Source of the DNA: Bryobacterales bacterium
GTDB taxonomy: Bacteria; Acidobacteriota; Terriglobia; Bryobacterales; Bryobacteraceae
Direction: 5' to 3'
DNA: 64,000 nucleotides
Assembly (NCBI GenBank): GCA_038230275.1
Contig: JBBRNO010000015.1
Span: 17,641-81,640 of the forward strand
Shown here: positions 29,152-39,528 of the stretch, one piece after another
Layout of the letters: every line of letters begins with the position of its first letter
How positions within the stretch are numbered: the stretch's first letter is position 1
The notes under the pieces: model-generated
What the model was told of the DNA's origin: nothing
Databases searched by the model: none
The model's input: only the letters and a program-made list of their open reading frames with translations
Program-made: the position numbers and the translations under genes

Positions 29152-29910
29152 ATGACGGGATCTGCTAACACCATAGACGACTGCCGCAGGGCCGTCAAGG
29201 AAGACCCGAGTTCGGGGTGCGGCGCCCTGGTGACCTTCCAGTGGTCCAAGGCGATCGACAACTCATCGGAAACGCAGGCCTGGGAAATCGGCGACGTGTT
29301 GCGCAATACCTATGACCGGTCGAGCGATCGTTCCATCAGCGGCCACGATCTGCCGCGCAGCCTCGTTGCGGCTATCGTATATGAGCTTCCGGTTGGGAAA
29401 GGGAAGGCTTTTGGCGGCAGCATGAATAAGATAGCGAATGCCGTTTCGGGCGGCTGGCAAGTATCCACCATCGCCCGTTTCGCCAGCGGTCTTCCGTTGC
29501 AGGTCTCGGCTACCAACTCGTTGTCGGTATACGGCTTCAACGTGCTGCGGCCGAACTTTACGAATCTGAAAGATCTGAACGTCAGCAATCAGGGACCGGA
29601 TCAGTGGTTTAATACATCGGCATCGGTAATCTCCGCGCCCGCTCCGTTCACGCTGGGGAATGCGCCTCGCTGGTTGCCGAACCTCCGCTATGGCGCCATG
29701 CAACAGGCCGATGTGTCGCTGCAAAAGAACTTCCACGTCTTCGAGTTCATGAAGGCACAGTTCCGCGCCGAAGCGTTCAACATCGCCAATTCTGTACAGT
29801 TCGGACGAGCCAGCACGACGGTGGGGGCATCCGATTTCGGACGCGTGACAGGCTACGCACCGGGTGCGGGACCTAGAAATATTCAACTGGCGCTTCGCCT
29901 CGATTTCTAG
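29152..29910 (+). pseudogene. C-terminal stump (about 250 aa) of a TonB-dependent, carboxypeptidase-regulatory-like outer-membrane receptor
   Basis: It ends ...FRAEAFNIANSVQFGRASTTVGASDFGRVTGYAPGAGPRNIQLALRLDF, the terminal beta-strand signature of receptors that are normally over 1000 aa. YELPVGKGKAF and GGWQVSTI are also present. The plug and most of the barrel are missing, and the intact divergent M20 gene begins 12 nt upstream. Confidence 0.7.
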
Positions 29911-29941
29911 CGGCGAACGGCGCGACTGGGAGGCGCGGCGT

Positions 29942-30874
29942 CTACCGCTCATCCATTTCTAACCCGGCCTTCTCTGTTTCCGCCACCGTACGGTGCGGGT
30001 CGTGGCAACTGCCGCACCAGAGTTTGCCTGCGCTGGATTGCCGGCACGCGCTCCGGGCGAGCTGTTCAAAGTGGCCGTTCACCGTTGTCGCACGGTCGGC
30101 GCCTTCCACGATGAAGACCACCACGGATTCACTCAATTTGTCTCCGGGACGGTACGGCCGCTGCTTGCCTGCGCGGGCAATTTCAACGGCTCCCGGCAGG
30201 TGGCAGTGAGCGCAGACGCTGTCCCGCCGCGCCGCATCCAGTTTGGCGGGATTGACAATCGCCGGTCCCCCGGAACGCTTGCCGTCCTTCATGCGCGCAA
30301 TGTGTTCCTCCCCCGCTCCATGGCAACGTTCACAAGTGACACCGGCATTCAGAAAAGGAAGCGGAGCGTACCCGTTCGTAGTCGCCGCAATTGCCTGCAC
30401 GCCGCTGGCATGGCAGTTCAGGCACCCCGGTTCCACCTCGCGAACCAGGTTCACGTCTTCGGTTCGTTCGAAGCCCGGCGACAGTCCGCAGCGTGCCGGA
30501 ACCGAATAATAGGATACCGGCGCCTGAAAGAGGAACCCTTCAATAGACGTCAGGTAGCTTCTGCCCACGGCTCCCGATCCGATGAAGTAATCAAGGCTCC
30601 GCCGGCCCTCAATGCCGCCCTAGCGGAAATCACATGACGCCGTATTCAAATGCTTGGAAAGATGATACTGCGAAGTGCCCGCCGGACTGGCGAAGGTGGC
30701 ATTCTCAAATCTCTTGCTGAATGTTCCGCTGCCCGTAGGTCCGCTGGATTGCGCCATTCCGGTAGCGGAGTAACTCTGAAAGATTTTGGCATGGCACGGT
30801 GCACAGGCCAGATTGTTGAGCGCAAGCCCACGCACCGTACCCATCAATAAAACGATGACAGCAAGAAACAACAC
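29942..30874 (-). pseudogene. Pentahaem c-type cytochrome interrupted by one in-frame TAG (30622-30620)
   Basis: Track ORFs 30874-30620 and 30568-29942 are in the same frame (both starts are 1 mod 3). Reading through gives ...ASCDFR*GGIEGRRSLDYFIGSGAVGRSYLTS.... The CxxCH motifs are CAPCH, CLNCH, CERCH, CAHCH and CGSCH. Confidence 0.65.
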
Positions 30875-30906
30875 AGATCCATCATGTTCCCGCTGCGCAA
30901 AGCTTT

Positions 30907-31857
30907 CTATGCCGGCGCCGCTGCGCGCCGCCGCCGTCCGCTGATCAGATAGATCGCCGCACGCAACTCCAACAGCGGATCATCCGAAGGATCGATTCCA
31001 TCCACTCGCGGGATGGGGTCGAAAATAATGTGTTTCTGTTGCTGAGCGTCGTCGGAAACCGGCTCCGTCAAAACCACCTTACCCAGCTCGAGCACAGTCC
31101 GGTTCTCCGGCCAGTGGACCGTGGCATCGTCCACGATATCGCCATCGTTCGCCAACTGAGCCATAATATGGAACGCTACCGGGCCTTTGCCAACTCTTTC
31201 CGCGATTTCATCAAACAGGAAATTCGCACTCTTGCCCGCGGCTGCGGCATCGTCCAAATGCTGGTTGCCGGCTTCGGGTACTATCCGGTAGCGTCCGTAT
31301 CTCCTGACACCGCTTTCACTCGTGAAGCGCACGGCCGTGACACCGAAATACGATTCCCTGGCGAAGCTGGACGGGGCCGGCTTAGGCGTCTGCACAAATG
31401 CCAGCGCCTTTGGATGGGTACCCAGGAACTGTTCGATGGGAGATGGAGAAGGTGAGGCCGGCCCGCTGGACGCCGCTGCCCGCAAAAATTCCAGGAACTC
31501 GGCTCCTGTGCGGGTTGGAAATCCATCCGTCGAATGACTGATGATATCGGTGTGGATGCGTTCGGCAAGGTGGAACCGGATGGCAAGTCCGCGCGGATTA
31601 GCATTGGGATCGGTATCGGGAATCGACGGCAGGCCAGTCGAGTCTGAAAAGCGCACCGTTACCGGAGTGGACTGCCGATGGATGTGCGGGGCCCGTGTAA
31701 GTGACGCTGCACCGGGCGAAGGCGTGAATGTTCCCGTCAGCATGGCGCCTTTGGCATGCGCTGGCCGAAAGCCGGGATGCGCTCCAAACATGGTCTCAAA
31801 TTGGCGAATCAGATCTTCGCCGAGGGCGATAAGCTTCTCGTCATTGGGAAGCGGCAT
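30907..31857 (-). CDS. Catalase-related (small catalase-family) peroxidase
   Basis: HPGFRPAHAKGAMLTGTF ... VTVRFSDSTG.P ... NPRGLAIRF. Confidence 0.8.
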   Translation of the reverse strand: MPLPNDEKLIALGEDLIRQFETMFGAHPGFRPAHAKGAMLTGTFTPSPGAASLTRAPHIHRQSTPVTVRFSDSTGLPSIPDTDPNANPRGLAIRFHLAERIHTDIISHSTDGFPTRTGAEFLEFLRAAASSGPASPSPSPIEQFLGTHPKALAFVQTPKPAPSSFARESYFGVTAVRFTSESGVRRYGRYRIVPEAGNQHLDDAAAAGKSANFLFDEIAERVGKGPVAFHIMAQLANDGDIVDDATVHWPENRTVLELGKVVLTEPVSDDAQQQKHIIFDPIPRVDGIDPSDDPLLELRAAIYLISGRRRRAAAPA

Positions 31858-31905
31858 TGTAGATTCTTCCTATGAATTAATTTACTATCCTGCTGAGTGC
31901 CGGCC

Positions 31906-33029
31906 TCAGCGTCCAGGAGCGGCGGGCACGCCAGCGAGAATTCCGTTCAAGCGAGGCGCAATCTCCAACATAGAGACCTCCTCTGTCTTTCCCGCCCGAA
32001 TGCCAGGTCCCCCCAGCAGTAACACCGAACGGTATTCAGGGTGGCCCAGCCATAGGCCGTGTACTCCTCTCTCATGCGGTTTCCCGTAGCGGCTCTCCAG
32101 TGGCTTCACGGAAAACAGAAAGTCGGGGGCCGGTTCGTAGACCGCTACCGGCTCTGCGGCGCTTGGTATAAATCGATTCCACTCTTCTCTGGGGATCCGG
32201 CGGCCAATTCCGTTTGCCGCATCTTTGCCCAACTGTTCCAGCTCGGCTGCCTCCGCGGCGGTATTCGCTGAGATCAACCCGGGGTGAAATGTTTCCTGCC
32301 TTCGGGTGGACTTCTTGTCCACCGCCACAAACCATGGTCGGCGACGAGCCCGAATACCGTCTCGGGCGGTAGCGCGGCAAGGATCCGGCCAATCAACTCA
32401 TCGGTGTATTCCAGAATCGCGTTGGACGCAGCGGAGAAAGGTCCCGTATCGTGCTCCTCGGCGTCCAGGTCCACCAAATGCACGGCTAGAAAGTCCGGCT
32501 GCTTGCGTTCCATCAGAAACAGCGCCGCCAGCGTGCGCGTGCGGTCGTCCATCCATTGCTGCGCGAAGGAAGGGAAGGCCGCCGCAATTTCTTCCACCAG
32601 CCCGGCGGTCGCGTACTTGCGAATAGCCCCCAGGTCCATCGCGCCGCCTTGCCGCTTTTCGAAATACTCGGGCAGGTTCCAGGTCACCGGGGCGTTCACC
32701 GTCACCGGCCCGTTGATCGCCGCGGAGGTCAAGCCTTTCCGGCGCAGGCTGCCGTGCATCGACGGTGGCACGCCGGTAGGCAGCGTAGTGTGTGCTGGCC
32801 GGGTAATTGCCGGAACTTCGCCCACCACACGCTCGCCCATTCGCTTTCACGCAGCAAGCGCCGCAGGTGGGGGATCTTCAGTCCCAATTTGTTCCGGTTT
32901 CGCAGATATGACATCCACTGACACCAGCACCACGCGCGTCTTCGGTTGTGCCGCCAAAGCGGAGACCAACATGAGCGTGGAGACCAGGAAAAGAGCTGCG
33001 CTTAGCAACCGCTTTACGTTGGAAATCAT
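31906..33029 (-). pseudogene. Nucleotide pyrophosphatase/phosphodiesterase (alkaline-phosphatase superfamily) with three frame changes
   Basis: The homologous sequence is spread over four track ORFs. 33068-32847 carries the signal peptide and VVLVSVD. 32914-32729 carries SYLRNRNKLGLKIPHLRRLLRESEWA. 32840-32274 carries PAITRPAHTTLPTGVPPSMHG...LVADHG. 32328-31906 carries FVAVDKK...HGLWLGHPEY...LLGGPGIRAG. The frames are 2, 1, 2 and 0 (minus-strand end coordinate mod 3). Confidence 0.7.
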
Positions 33030-33060
33030 GGGGAAGAAGTACCACGCCTCCGTTACATTA

Positions 33061-36000
33061 TTAGGCATTGTCCAGCGACCGGTTTCCCACGGCCGCCGGC
33101 ACCCAACGCATTAGAACCTCCTCCAGATCCTCGCAGCGAAATGGCTTAGTAAGGTAGTCGTTCATTCCCGCCCCGGTACATCGTTCCCGCTCCTCGCTAA
33201 GCGCGTTCGCGGTGCAGGCGATGATCGGCATAGTAACCCCCAGCATCCGCAACTGCCGAGTCGCCGAGTAACCATCCAACACGGGCATCTGGCAATCCAT
33301 CAGTATCAGATCGACGTCGCCCGCCAAGCCGGCCCGAACCGCCTGCTCTCCGTCCTCGACATGGGTGACATGGCAGCCGCAGCGTTCCAACATCCGGCGC
33401 GTGATAAACGCATTCGTGGCATTGTCTTCGGCCACCAGAACGTGCAAGCCGGAGATCGAAGCATTGTCGGCCGGCCGTGCGATCTGAGTTGTTGGCGGCA
33501 GCAGCGTTTGCGGCAGCGGAATCGTCAGGACGAAATCCGCTCCCTCTCCGGCAATACTGTTTACATTGATTTTGCCCCCCATCGCTACCACCAGCCGCAG
33601 GCAGATGGAAAGCCCCAATCCCGTGCCCCCGAACCGCCGGGTAACCGACGCATCGGCCTGTGAAAACATATCGAACAGCCGCGGCATGTGTTCTTTGGGA
33701 ATACCTGGCCCGGTATCGGCCACCGAGATCCGGACCACGCCGTCGCTCCACCGGACCTCCACCCGAACTCCACCGGCGGGAGTGAATTTGACCGCATTGG
33801 AAACCAGGTTCGAAATCACCTGCCGCAATCGCCCGGGGTCGCCCAGTAGCGCCCGCGGTACGGAATCATCAATTGCAACGGTTAGCGTCAAACACTTTTG
33901 CTCAATCACCGGCCGGAACAGCTTCGTTGTCTGTTCCACTAACTCGCGCAAATCGAAGGCGATGGATTCCAACGCGATTTTGCCAACTTCCAGTTTGGAA
34001 AAATCAAGAATATCGTTCACGATCGCCATCAGCGATTCGCCCGAAGAATTCACCGTGCGCACCATCGCCGTTTGTTCGGTGTTCAGTCCGGTGGCCTCCA
34101 GCAGAGACAGCATTCCGATCACTCCGTTCATCGGTGTCCGAATCTCGTGGCTCATCGTTGCCAGAAAATCCGACTTGGCATTTGCGGCATCCTTGGCCAT
34201 CTGGATAGCGGCTTCCAGCTCAACTGTGCGCACTTGCACGCGCTGCTCCAATTCGGAATTTCGATTGACTAGCGCGCGATGCCGCCACAGAAAGACACCG
34301 CCGGTCAGTAGAAAAAGTCCTAGCGCCGATGCAATGCGGAACGGCCAGGTCTCCCAGTAGAATGCGGCAACTTCAATGGGCAACTTGATCTCTTCGACGG
34401 AGGAACTGTTAGCCACTCGTACACGGAAACTGTACTTGCCTGCTCTTAGATCTGTGTAGGTGGCGCCCGTTTCCGCCCCCGCCTCGAACCAGTGTTGATC
34501 GAAGCCCTCCAGCATGTAGCTGAATCGGAAGTTCCTGCTTAACGCCAGATTTACGGCTTCGTAGTGCAGTTCCAGCCGTTCGGTCCGGGCCGGAATCCCC
34601 AGTACGGCTGTCAGCTTCACAGGGTTTCCGTTCACCTCTATCGCCCGGATTGCCAACTTCCCAGTAAGACGCGGTTCGCCCGCCAACCGTGCGGGATCGA
34701 AATAGATCAGGCCTCCCAGAGAAGGGAAGTAGATGCGGCCATTGGTAGCCAAAAGTCCTTTCTGGTCCCAGGCAATCCCAAAATTCAGACTCGGCAGTCC
34801 CTCTGTATTCGCATAACGCTGTTCCTGCGGTTCGGTAGCCCGTCCTTGCAAATATCGCAGCAAACCGTCTCGCTCTACCTGTAGAATTCCGTTCCGGGTG
34901 GATAGCCAATAGCGGCCTCGGCCATCGTCAATCGAACGGAATATCCAGTCGCTCTCCGAGTACGGAATGGCGTTTAGAAACTTATTCTGCTTCGGATCAA
35001 ATCCCCACAAACCCCGGCTGCTGCCAAGCAGGAAAAGGCCTGAGGCGTCCTCCGTCATGTCCATCCAGCTCAGGCCAGCCACCGGTTTCTCCATCTTCAT
35101 AAGGGCAACCCGCCCACCGCGCAGCCGCATCATTCCCCTGGCGATAGACAACATCCATACCGTTCCGTCCTTAACCTCCTTAATAGCGCGCAGCCGAGGA
35201 GCGTCGTATTCCGCCAATACCCTCAGTCCGGACTCCACTTCGTAGGTCGCAACCACCAGCCTTTCCCCATCGCCCAGATAGTAGCGGCCCGACGGGCCAC
35301 GGTATAGCAGCCTCACCGCCTTTCTCCGCTTGTCGATGGATATTAACTTTTCCGGCTCACCAGCTGGTTGCCGCAGTAGACCTTCGTTCGTGGCGAACAT
35401 CAGATCGCCGCCAGGAAGCTTGAGAATGCTTTGCACCCTAAGATTCCGTCTGTGATGAAATCTCTTCAGTGCCCCAGACTTTCCTATTCGGTAGACACCG
35501 TCGGTGGACCCAACCCATAGCTGTCCGCTGTCGTCTTCGGTGACGCTGAGGGACTGTAAGTCCATCATCCCTGCTTTTTCGTTGTACCTCTCGAATAGGC
35601 GCTCCGATATCCGGACGACACCACCCCACTTTCTTCCGACCCAGATATTTCCGCGGCCATCTTCAAGCAGTGTCGCCACTTCATCTCGCTCGTCGGTCTC
35701 CCAAATCGCCAAACACTCCGTCGTTGCGCCAGCTATCCGGCAGACTCCCATGTTTCCGCCTGTCCACAGAGCTCCGTGTTTATCCCGCAGAAGGATTGTC
35801 AGGGATCGCTGCAGCGCCGGCTCCGCTCCGCCAGCGGGAAGCACCACGTTATTCTCCCAGTGAAGCAGGCCCGCGGTTGAGCCAATCCATAAACCTCCGT
35901 TCCCGTCGGGCTGTATCTTTTCCATCACCAGCTGAGATACGCCAGCTTGCAAACCCATCGGCAGCGCTTCCCATTGCCCAGCGCGAATCCGGTACAAGGC

Positions 36001-36597
36001 GTCCCCAAGCAGGGCAAAGACCTCGCCATTCACCCCCAGACAGGCACTACGAATCCGGCCACGGCGCGGCGGTCCAACAACCGTGGGTACCGGCAGTCCC
36101 ACCTGTCCCGTCAATTTGCTGTCGTATAGCAGCAGGATGTCCGAGCGGACCAACATCACCCGGCCCGCTTGATCGCTTTCCAGGCTGAGCACATTCTCAG
36201 TTCCTGGCAGCTCGACTGCCGGTCGCTCGATCGTAAAGCGCGAACCAAGAAAGGTTCCAAATCGATCTAACCGCGCCACGGCGAGACGGCCGGACACGGT
36301 TACTGCCCACACCTGATCAACGCCCGCCTGCACCACGCCTACGATGTCCCTCTCCGAACCAAACACAATTCCGTCGAGGACCTGCACCGGGACCGCTCCA
36401 TCAAACCGCAGCAATCCATTGTGCGTTGCCACCCACAAATAGCCATCCGAACTCTGCGCGAACGCGGTAACCGACTCCTCAGGGAACCCACGCGCCACCG
36501 CCCACCGCTGCAGATTTGCCTCCCGCAATGGACGATCTAAAGGCAGACCGAAACAAACCAGCGTACTGATGCTGCCAAGGAACAGCAAAACCCTCAT
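33061..36597 (-). CDS. Hybrid sensor histidine kinase/response regulator with a periplasmic beta-propeller (Reg_prop/Y_Y_Y) sensor
   Basis: 1178 aa. A repeated propeller region is followed by a TM helix, HisKA ([19 protein letters not shown]), HATPase (GGTGLGLSI) and a receiver domain (LVAEDN...[13 protein letters not shown]). Confidence 0.9.
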   Translation of the reverse strand: MRVLLFLGSISTLVCFGLPLDRPLREANLQRWAVARGFPEESVTAFAQSSDGYLWVATHNGLLRFDGAVPVQVLDGIVFGSERDIVGVVQAGVDQVWAVTVSGRLAVARLDRFGTFLGSRFTIERPAVELPGTENVLSLESDQAGRVMLVRSDILLLYDSKLTGQVGLPVPTVVGPPRRGRIRSACLGVNGEVFALLGDALYRIRAGQWEALPMGLQAGVSQLVMEKIQPDGNGGLWIGSTAGLLHWENNVVLPAGGAEPALQRSLTILLRDKHGALWTGGNMGVCRIAGATTECLAIWETDERDEVATLLEDGRGNIWVGRKWGGVVRISERLFERYNEKAGMMDLQSLSVTEDDSGQLWVGSTDGVYRIGKSGALKRFHHRRNLRVQSILKLPGGDLMFATNEGLLRQPAGEPEKLISIDKRRKAVRLLYRGPSGRYYLGDGERLVVATYEVESGLRVLAEYDAPRLRAIKEVKDGTVWMLSIARGMMRLRGGRVALMKMEKPVAGLSWMDMTEDASGLFLLGSSRGLWGFDPKQNKFLNAIPYSESDWIFRSIDDGRGRYWLSTRNGILQVERDGLLRYLQGRATEPQEQRYANTEGLPSLNFGIAWDQKGLLATNGRIYFPSLGGLIYFDPARLAGEPRLTGKLAIRAIEVNGNPVKLTAVLGIPARTERLELHYEAVNLALSRNFRFSYMLEGFDQHWFEAGAETGATYTDLRAGKYSFRVRVANSSSVEEIKLPIEVAAFYWETWPFRIASALGLFLLTGGVFLWRHRALVNRNSELEQRVQVRTVELEAAIQMAKDAANAKSDFLATMSHEIRTPMNGVIGMLSLLEATGLNTEQTAMVRTVNSSGESLMAIVNDILDFSKLEVGKIALESIAFDLRELVEQTTKLFRPVIEQKCLTLTVAIDDSVPRALLGDPGRLRQVISNLVSNAVKFTPAGGVRVEVRWSDGVVRISVADTGPGIPKEHMPRLFDMFSQADASVTRRFGGTGLGLSICLRLVVAMGGKINVNSIAGEGADFVLTIPLPQTLLPPTTQIARPADNASISGLHVLVAEDNATNAFITRRMLERCGCHVTHVEDGEQAVRAGLAGDVDLILMDCQMPVLDGYSATRQLRMLGVTMPIIACTANALSEERERCTGAGMNDYLTKPFRCEDLEEVLMRWVPAAVGNRSLDNA

Positions 36598-36703
36598 GCA
36601 TGGCTTATCGGCACTGGGCGCATGAGTCTGAAGATTGCGGGAATAACACAGGGTCTCGACCGGATCTGGCTAATACAAGTTGAGAGTGAACCGAGGAGGC
36701 GAA

Positions 36704-37504
36704 ATGCCGTTATTGCAGGGAAAGAAAGTCTTGATTACAGGAGCGTCGTCCGGCATTGGCCAGGCTATCGCGGTGCGCTTTGCGCGCGAAGGCGCCGACG
36801 TCGCCATCAACTATCGCAGTGGCGCTGACCAGGCGGAAGTCACCAGACAGATGGCCCGCCAGGCGCGCACCAATGGAACCGGCCGGGAGCTTCTTGTCCA
36901 AGCCGATGTTTCGAATGAAGAACAGGTGAAGAGCATGTTCGCCAAAGTGATCGAACAATTCGGATCGATCGACGTTCTGGTGAATAACGCGGGCATTCAG
37001 AAGCCGTGTCCTAGCCACGAGATTGAGGCCGCCGACTTCGACCGCATCATCGCCGTGAATCTGCGCGGCCCGTTCCTGTGCGCGCGCGAAGCCATCCGGC
37101 ATTTTCTCCCGCGCGGCGGCGGCGTCATCCTGAACAATTCCAGCGTTCATGAGATCATTCCCAAGCCGAAGTACTTGAGCTACTCCATCAGTAAAGGGGG
37201 TATGGAGAACCTCACCAAGTCCCTGGCGCTGGAGTATGCAGGCAATGGGATCCGCGTTAACGCCGTCGGCCCCGGCGCCGTCGTAACCCCTATCAATAAA
37301 GCGTGGATAGACAACCCGAAGGCGCGCGGCGAGGTGGAGAGCCACATTCCCATGGCGCGTGCGGCGGCTGCCGACGAGATCGCCTCGGTATTCGCCTTTC
37401 TCGCCTCGGATCAGGCTTCGTATGTCACCGGCCAGACCATATTCGCCTGCGGAGGCCTCACGCTCTACCCGGAATTCCGTGTAGCTTGGTCTTCAGGAGA
37501 ATAA
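36704..37504 (+). CDS. SDR family oxidoreductase (glucose-1-dehydrogenase-like)
   Basis: VLITGASSGIGQAIA, NNAG, YSISKGG. The ATG at 36704 is preceded by gaggaggcgaa. Confidence 0.88.
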   Translation: MPLLQGKKVLITGASSGIGQAIAVRFAREGADVAINYRSGADQAEVTRQMARQARTNGTGRELLVQADVSNEEQVKSMFAKVIEQFGSIDVLVNNAGIQKPCPSHEIEAADFDRIIAVNLRGPFLCAREAIRHFLPRGGGVILNNSSVHEIIPKPKYLSYSISKGGMENLTKSLALEYAGNGIRVNAVGPGAVVTPINKAWIDNPKARGEVESHIPMARAAAADEIASVFAFLASDQASYVTGQTIFACGGLTLYPEFRVAWSSGE

Positions 37505-37505
37505 G

Positions 37506-38189
37506 ATGAATCTCGATAACAAAGTGGTACTGATTACCGGCGCCAAAGGCGGCCTGGGAAACTTTGTGACCCATGCCTTTCTGGAAGCCGGCGCCCGCGT
37601 GATTGGCGTTTCCCGGTCGATTCAGGACGCAGACTTTCCTCATCCCCACTTCTCGGCGGCGCAAGCGGAGCTTTCGAGTGCGAACCAGGCACGCGAGCTG
37701 ATCGCGAAGTTTACCCGAATCGATGCCGTGGTTCATCTGGTCGGTACTTTTGCCGGAGGGCAGACCGTGGCTGAGACTGACGACGCTACGTTTGAGAAGA
37801 TGTTCAGCACCAATTTCAAGTCGGCGCTTTATTTGATTCAGGCCGTTGTGCCGCTGATGCGCGAAGCCGGCGCCGGTCACATTCTGGCCATCGGCAGCCG
37901 CGCAGCGCTGGAACCGCAGCCAGCTATCGGAGCGTACGCTGCCTCCAAGGCTGCGCTGCTGGCACTCATCCGCACCGTCGCACTCGAGAACAACGACAAG
38001 AAAATCTCCGCGAATATCGTTCTCCCGGCCACCATGGACACGCCTGCAAATCGCTCAGCCATGCCACAGGCGGATTACTCCAAATGGGTACAGCCGGCCG
38101 AAGTCGCAAACCTGCTGGTCCATTTAGCCGCCAGCCAACCGGGGCAAATTAGTGGCACTGCAATTCCGATCTACGGCGGGGAACTCTAG
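37506..38189 (+). CDS. SDR family oxidoreductase
   Basis: VVLITGAKGGLG ... YAASKAAL. It starts 2 nt after the upstream stop. Confidence 0.85.
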   Translation: MNLDNKVVLITGAKGGLGNFVTHAFLEAGARVIGVSRSIQDADFPHPHFSAAQAELSSANQARELIAKFTRIDAVVHLVGTFAGGQTVAETDDATFEKMFSTNFKSALYLIQAVVPLMREAGAGHILAIGSRAALEPQPAIGAYAASKAALLALIRTVALENNDKKISANIVLPATMDTPANRSAMPQADYSKWVQPAEVANLLVHLAASQPGQISGTAIPIYGGEL

Positions 38190-38192
38190 GCG

Positions 38193-38387
38193 ATGATCGC
38201 CGTCAGATTCCTGATGGCATATGCCGCTTTCGGTTTGCTGTTCGCCGTTGTCTTCGTAGCCACCGGTGTTGGCCGTATAGACCATGCGGCGGCGAGGTCC
38301 AGCCTTGGATTCCGGTTGATGATTCTTCCGGGCGCTGCCGCTTTATGGCCGCTGCTTTTGTTTCGTTGGATCGGTATACGTCAATGA
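38193..38387 (+). CDS. Small two-TM membrane protein
   Basis: 64 aa, hydrophobic (FLMAYAAFGLLFAVVFVATGV, LMILPGAAALWPLLLF). It is tightly packed in the operon. Confidence 0.5.
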   Translation: MIAVRFLMAYAAFGLLFAVVFVATGVGRIDHAAARSSLGFRLMILPGAAALWPLLLFRWIGIRQ

Positions 38388-38527
38388 CACGTCCCATGCG
38401 CCGGGCTCACGGCTGGATCTGGATAACGCTCGCCCTGCTGCTCCCGGCAGTGTGGATTGCGGCACTCGGCGCCCGCAGGCCAACCACGCCGCGGAATTGG
38501 AGCGTGTCCTGGGAGAAGCTTCGATGA
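38384..38527 (+). CDS. Small single-TM membrane protein
   Basis: MTRPMRRAHGWIWITLALLLPAVWIAALG.... The ATG at 38384 overlaps the upstream stop (ATGA), and its own stop overlaps the next ATG. Confidence 0.45.
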   Translation: MTRPMRRAHGWIWITLALLLPAVWIAALGARRPTTPRNWSVSWEKLR

Positions 38528-39528
38528 GTGTCGAATACCAGGCGATCGGCTGGAATCGTCAAAAGCGAATCTACGACGGCGTTCTAGCGGCTTTCGTGTT
38601 CGCCTACCTCGCTATTTTCCTCGGTGCCGGCGCGGTGGTCCATCCAAACGCTACCGCGGAAACACTTCTCATCCGCGCGTTCGGCACGCTGGCGCTGCTG
38701 CTGCTTCACGTAATCCTTTGTATCGGACCACTGTGTAGATTGGACCGCCGGTTCCTCCCGCTGCTCTATAACCGGCGGCACCTGGGCGTCACCATGTTTC
38801 TCTTCGCCTTGGCGCACGGGCTCTTTTCGCTGATCCAATTTCACGCTCTGGGCAATCTGAATCCGCTGGTCAGTCTCTTTGTCAGCGGCCCATTCCAAGT
38901 CTTTGGATTCTTCGCCCTGCTGATCCTCTTTGTGATGGCCGCCACCAGCCACGATTTCTGGCTGCACAACCTCTCAGCGCCGGTCTGGAAGTGCATTCAC
39001 ATGATGGTCTACGCCGCCTACGCGCTATTGATCGCCCACGTCAGCCTGGGCGCATTGCAATCGGAAACAAGCCCGCTGCTCGCGTCTATGTTGGGGCTCG
39101 GGATCGCGGTAGTCGTTTCGTTGCAACTCGCGGCTGCGCTCAAGGAACGGCGTCTGGATCGGGAACGGACAGACGCCCTGGCGGATGGTTTCGTCGAGGT
39201 TGGGGAAACGCAAAGTATTCCGCAGGACCGCGCCAAGGTGGTCACGCTTTCCGGTGAGCGCGTGGCCGTGTTCCGCTACGGCGGCAAGGTCTCCGCCATC
39301 TCAAATGTTTGCCGTCATCAGAACGGTCCGCTTGGGGAAGGCCGCATTATCGACGGGTGCGTTACCTGCCCCTGGCACGGCTATCAATACCTGCCGGACT
39401 CGGGTGCCTCACCGCCGCCGTTTACTGAAAAGGTGCCTACGTTTCAAACAAAGATCGTTGGCGCCAAAGTCTTCGTACATCCCTGCGCGCATCCGCCGGG
39501 TACGCGGTTGGAGCCCTCCGTCTTATGA
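38524..39528 (+). CDS. Ferric-reductase-like transmembrane domain fused to a C-terminal Rieske [2Fe-2S] domain
   Basis: A six-helix membrane domain has paired His residues in its helices (LLLLHVILC, FALAHGLF, ATSHDFWLH, IHMMVYAAYALLIAHV). The Rieske motif CRHQNGPL...CPWHGYQY follows. Start at the ATG at 38524. Confidence 0.8.
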   Translation: MSVEYQAIGWNRQKRIYDGVLAAFVFAYLAIFLGAGAVVHPNATAETLLIRAFGTLALLLLHVILCIGPLCRLDRRFLPLLYNRRHLGVTMFLFALAHGLFSLIQFHALGNLNPLVSLFVSGPFQVFGFFALLILFVMAATSHDFWLHNLSAPVWKCIHMMVYAAYALLIAHVSLGALQSETSPLLASMLGLGIAVVVSLQLAAALKERRLDRERTDALADGFVEVGETQSIPQDRAKVVTLSGERVAVFRYGGKVSAISNVCRHQNGPLGEGRIIDGCVTCPWHGYQYLPDSGASPPPFTEKVPTFQTKIVGAKVFVHPCAHPPGTRLEPSVL

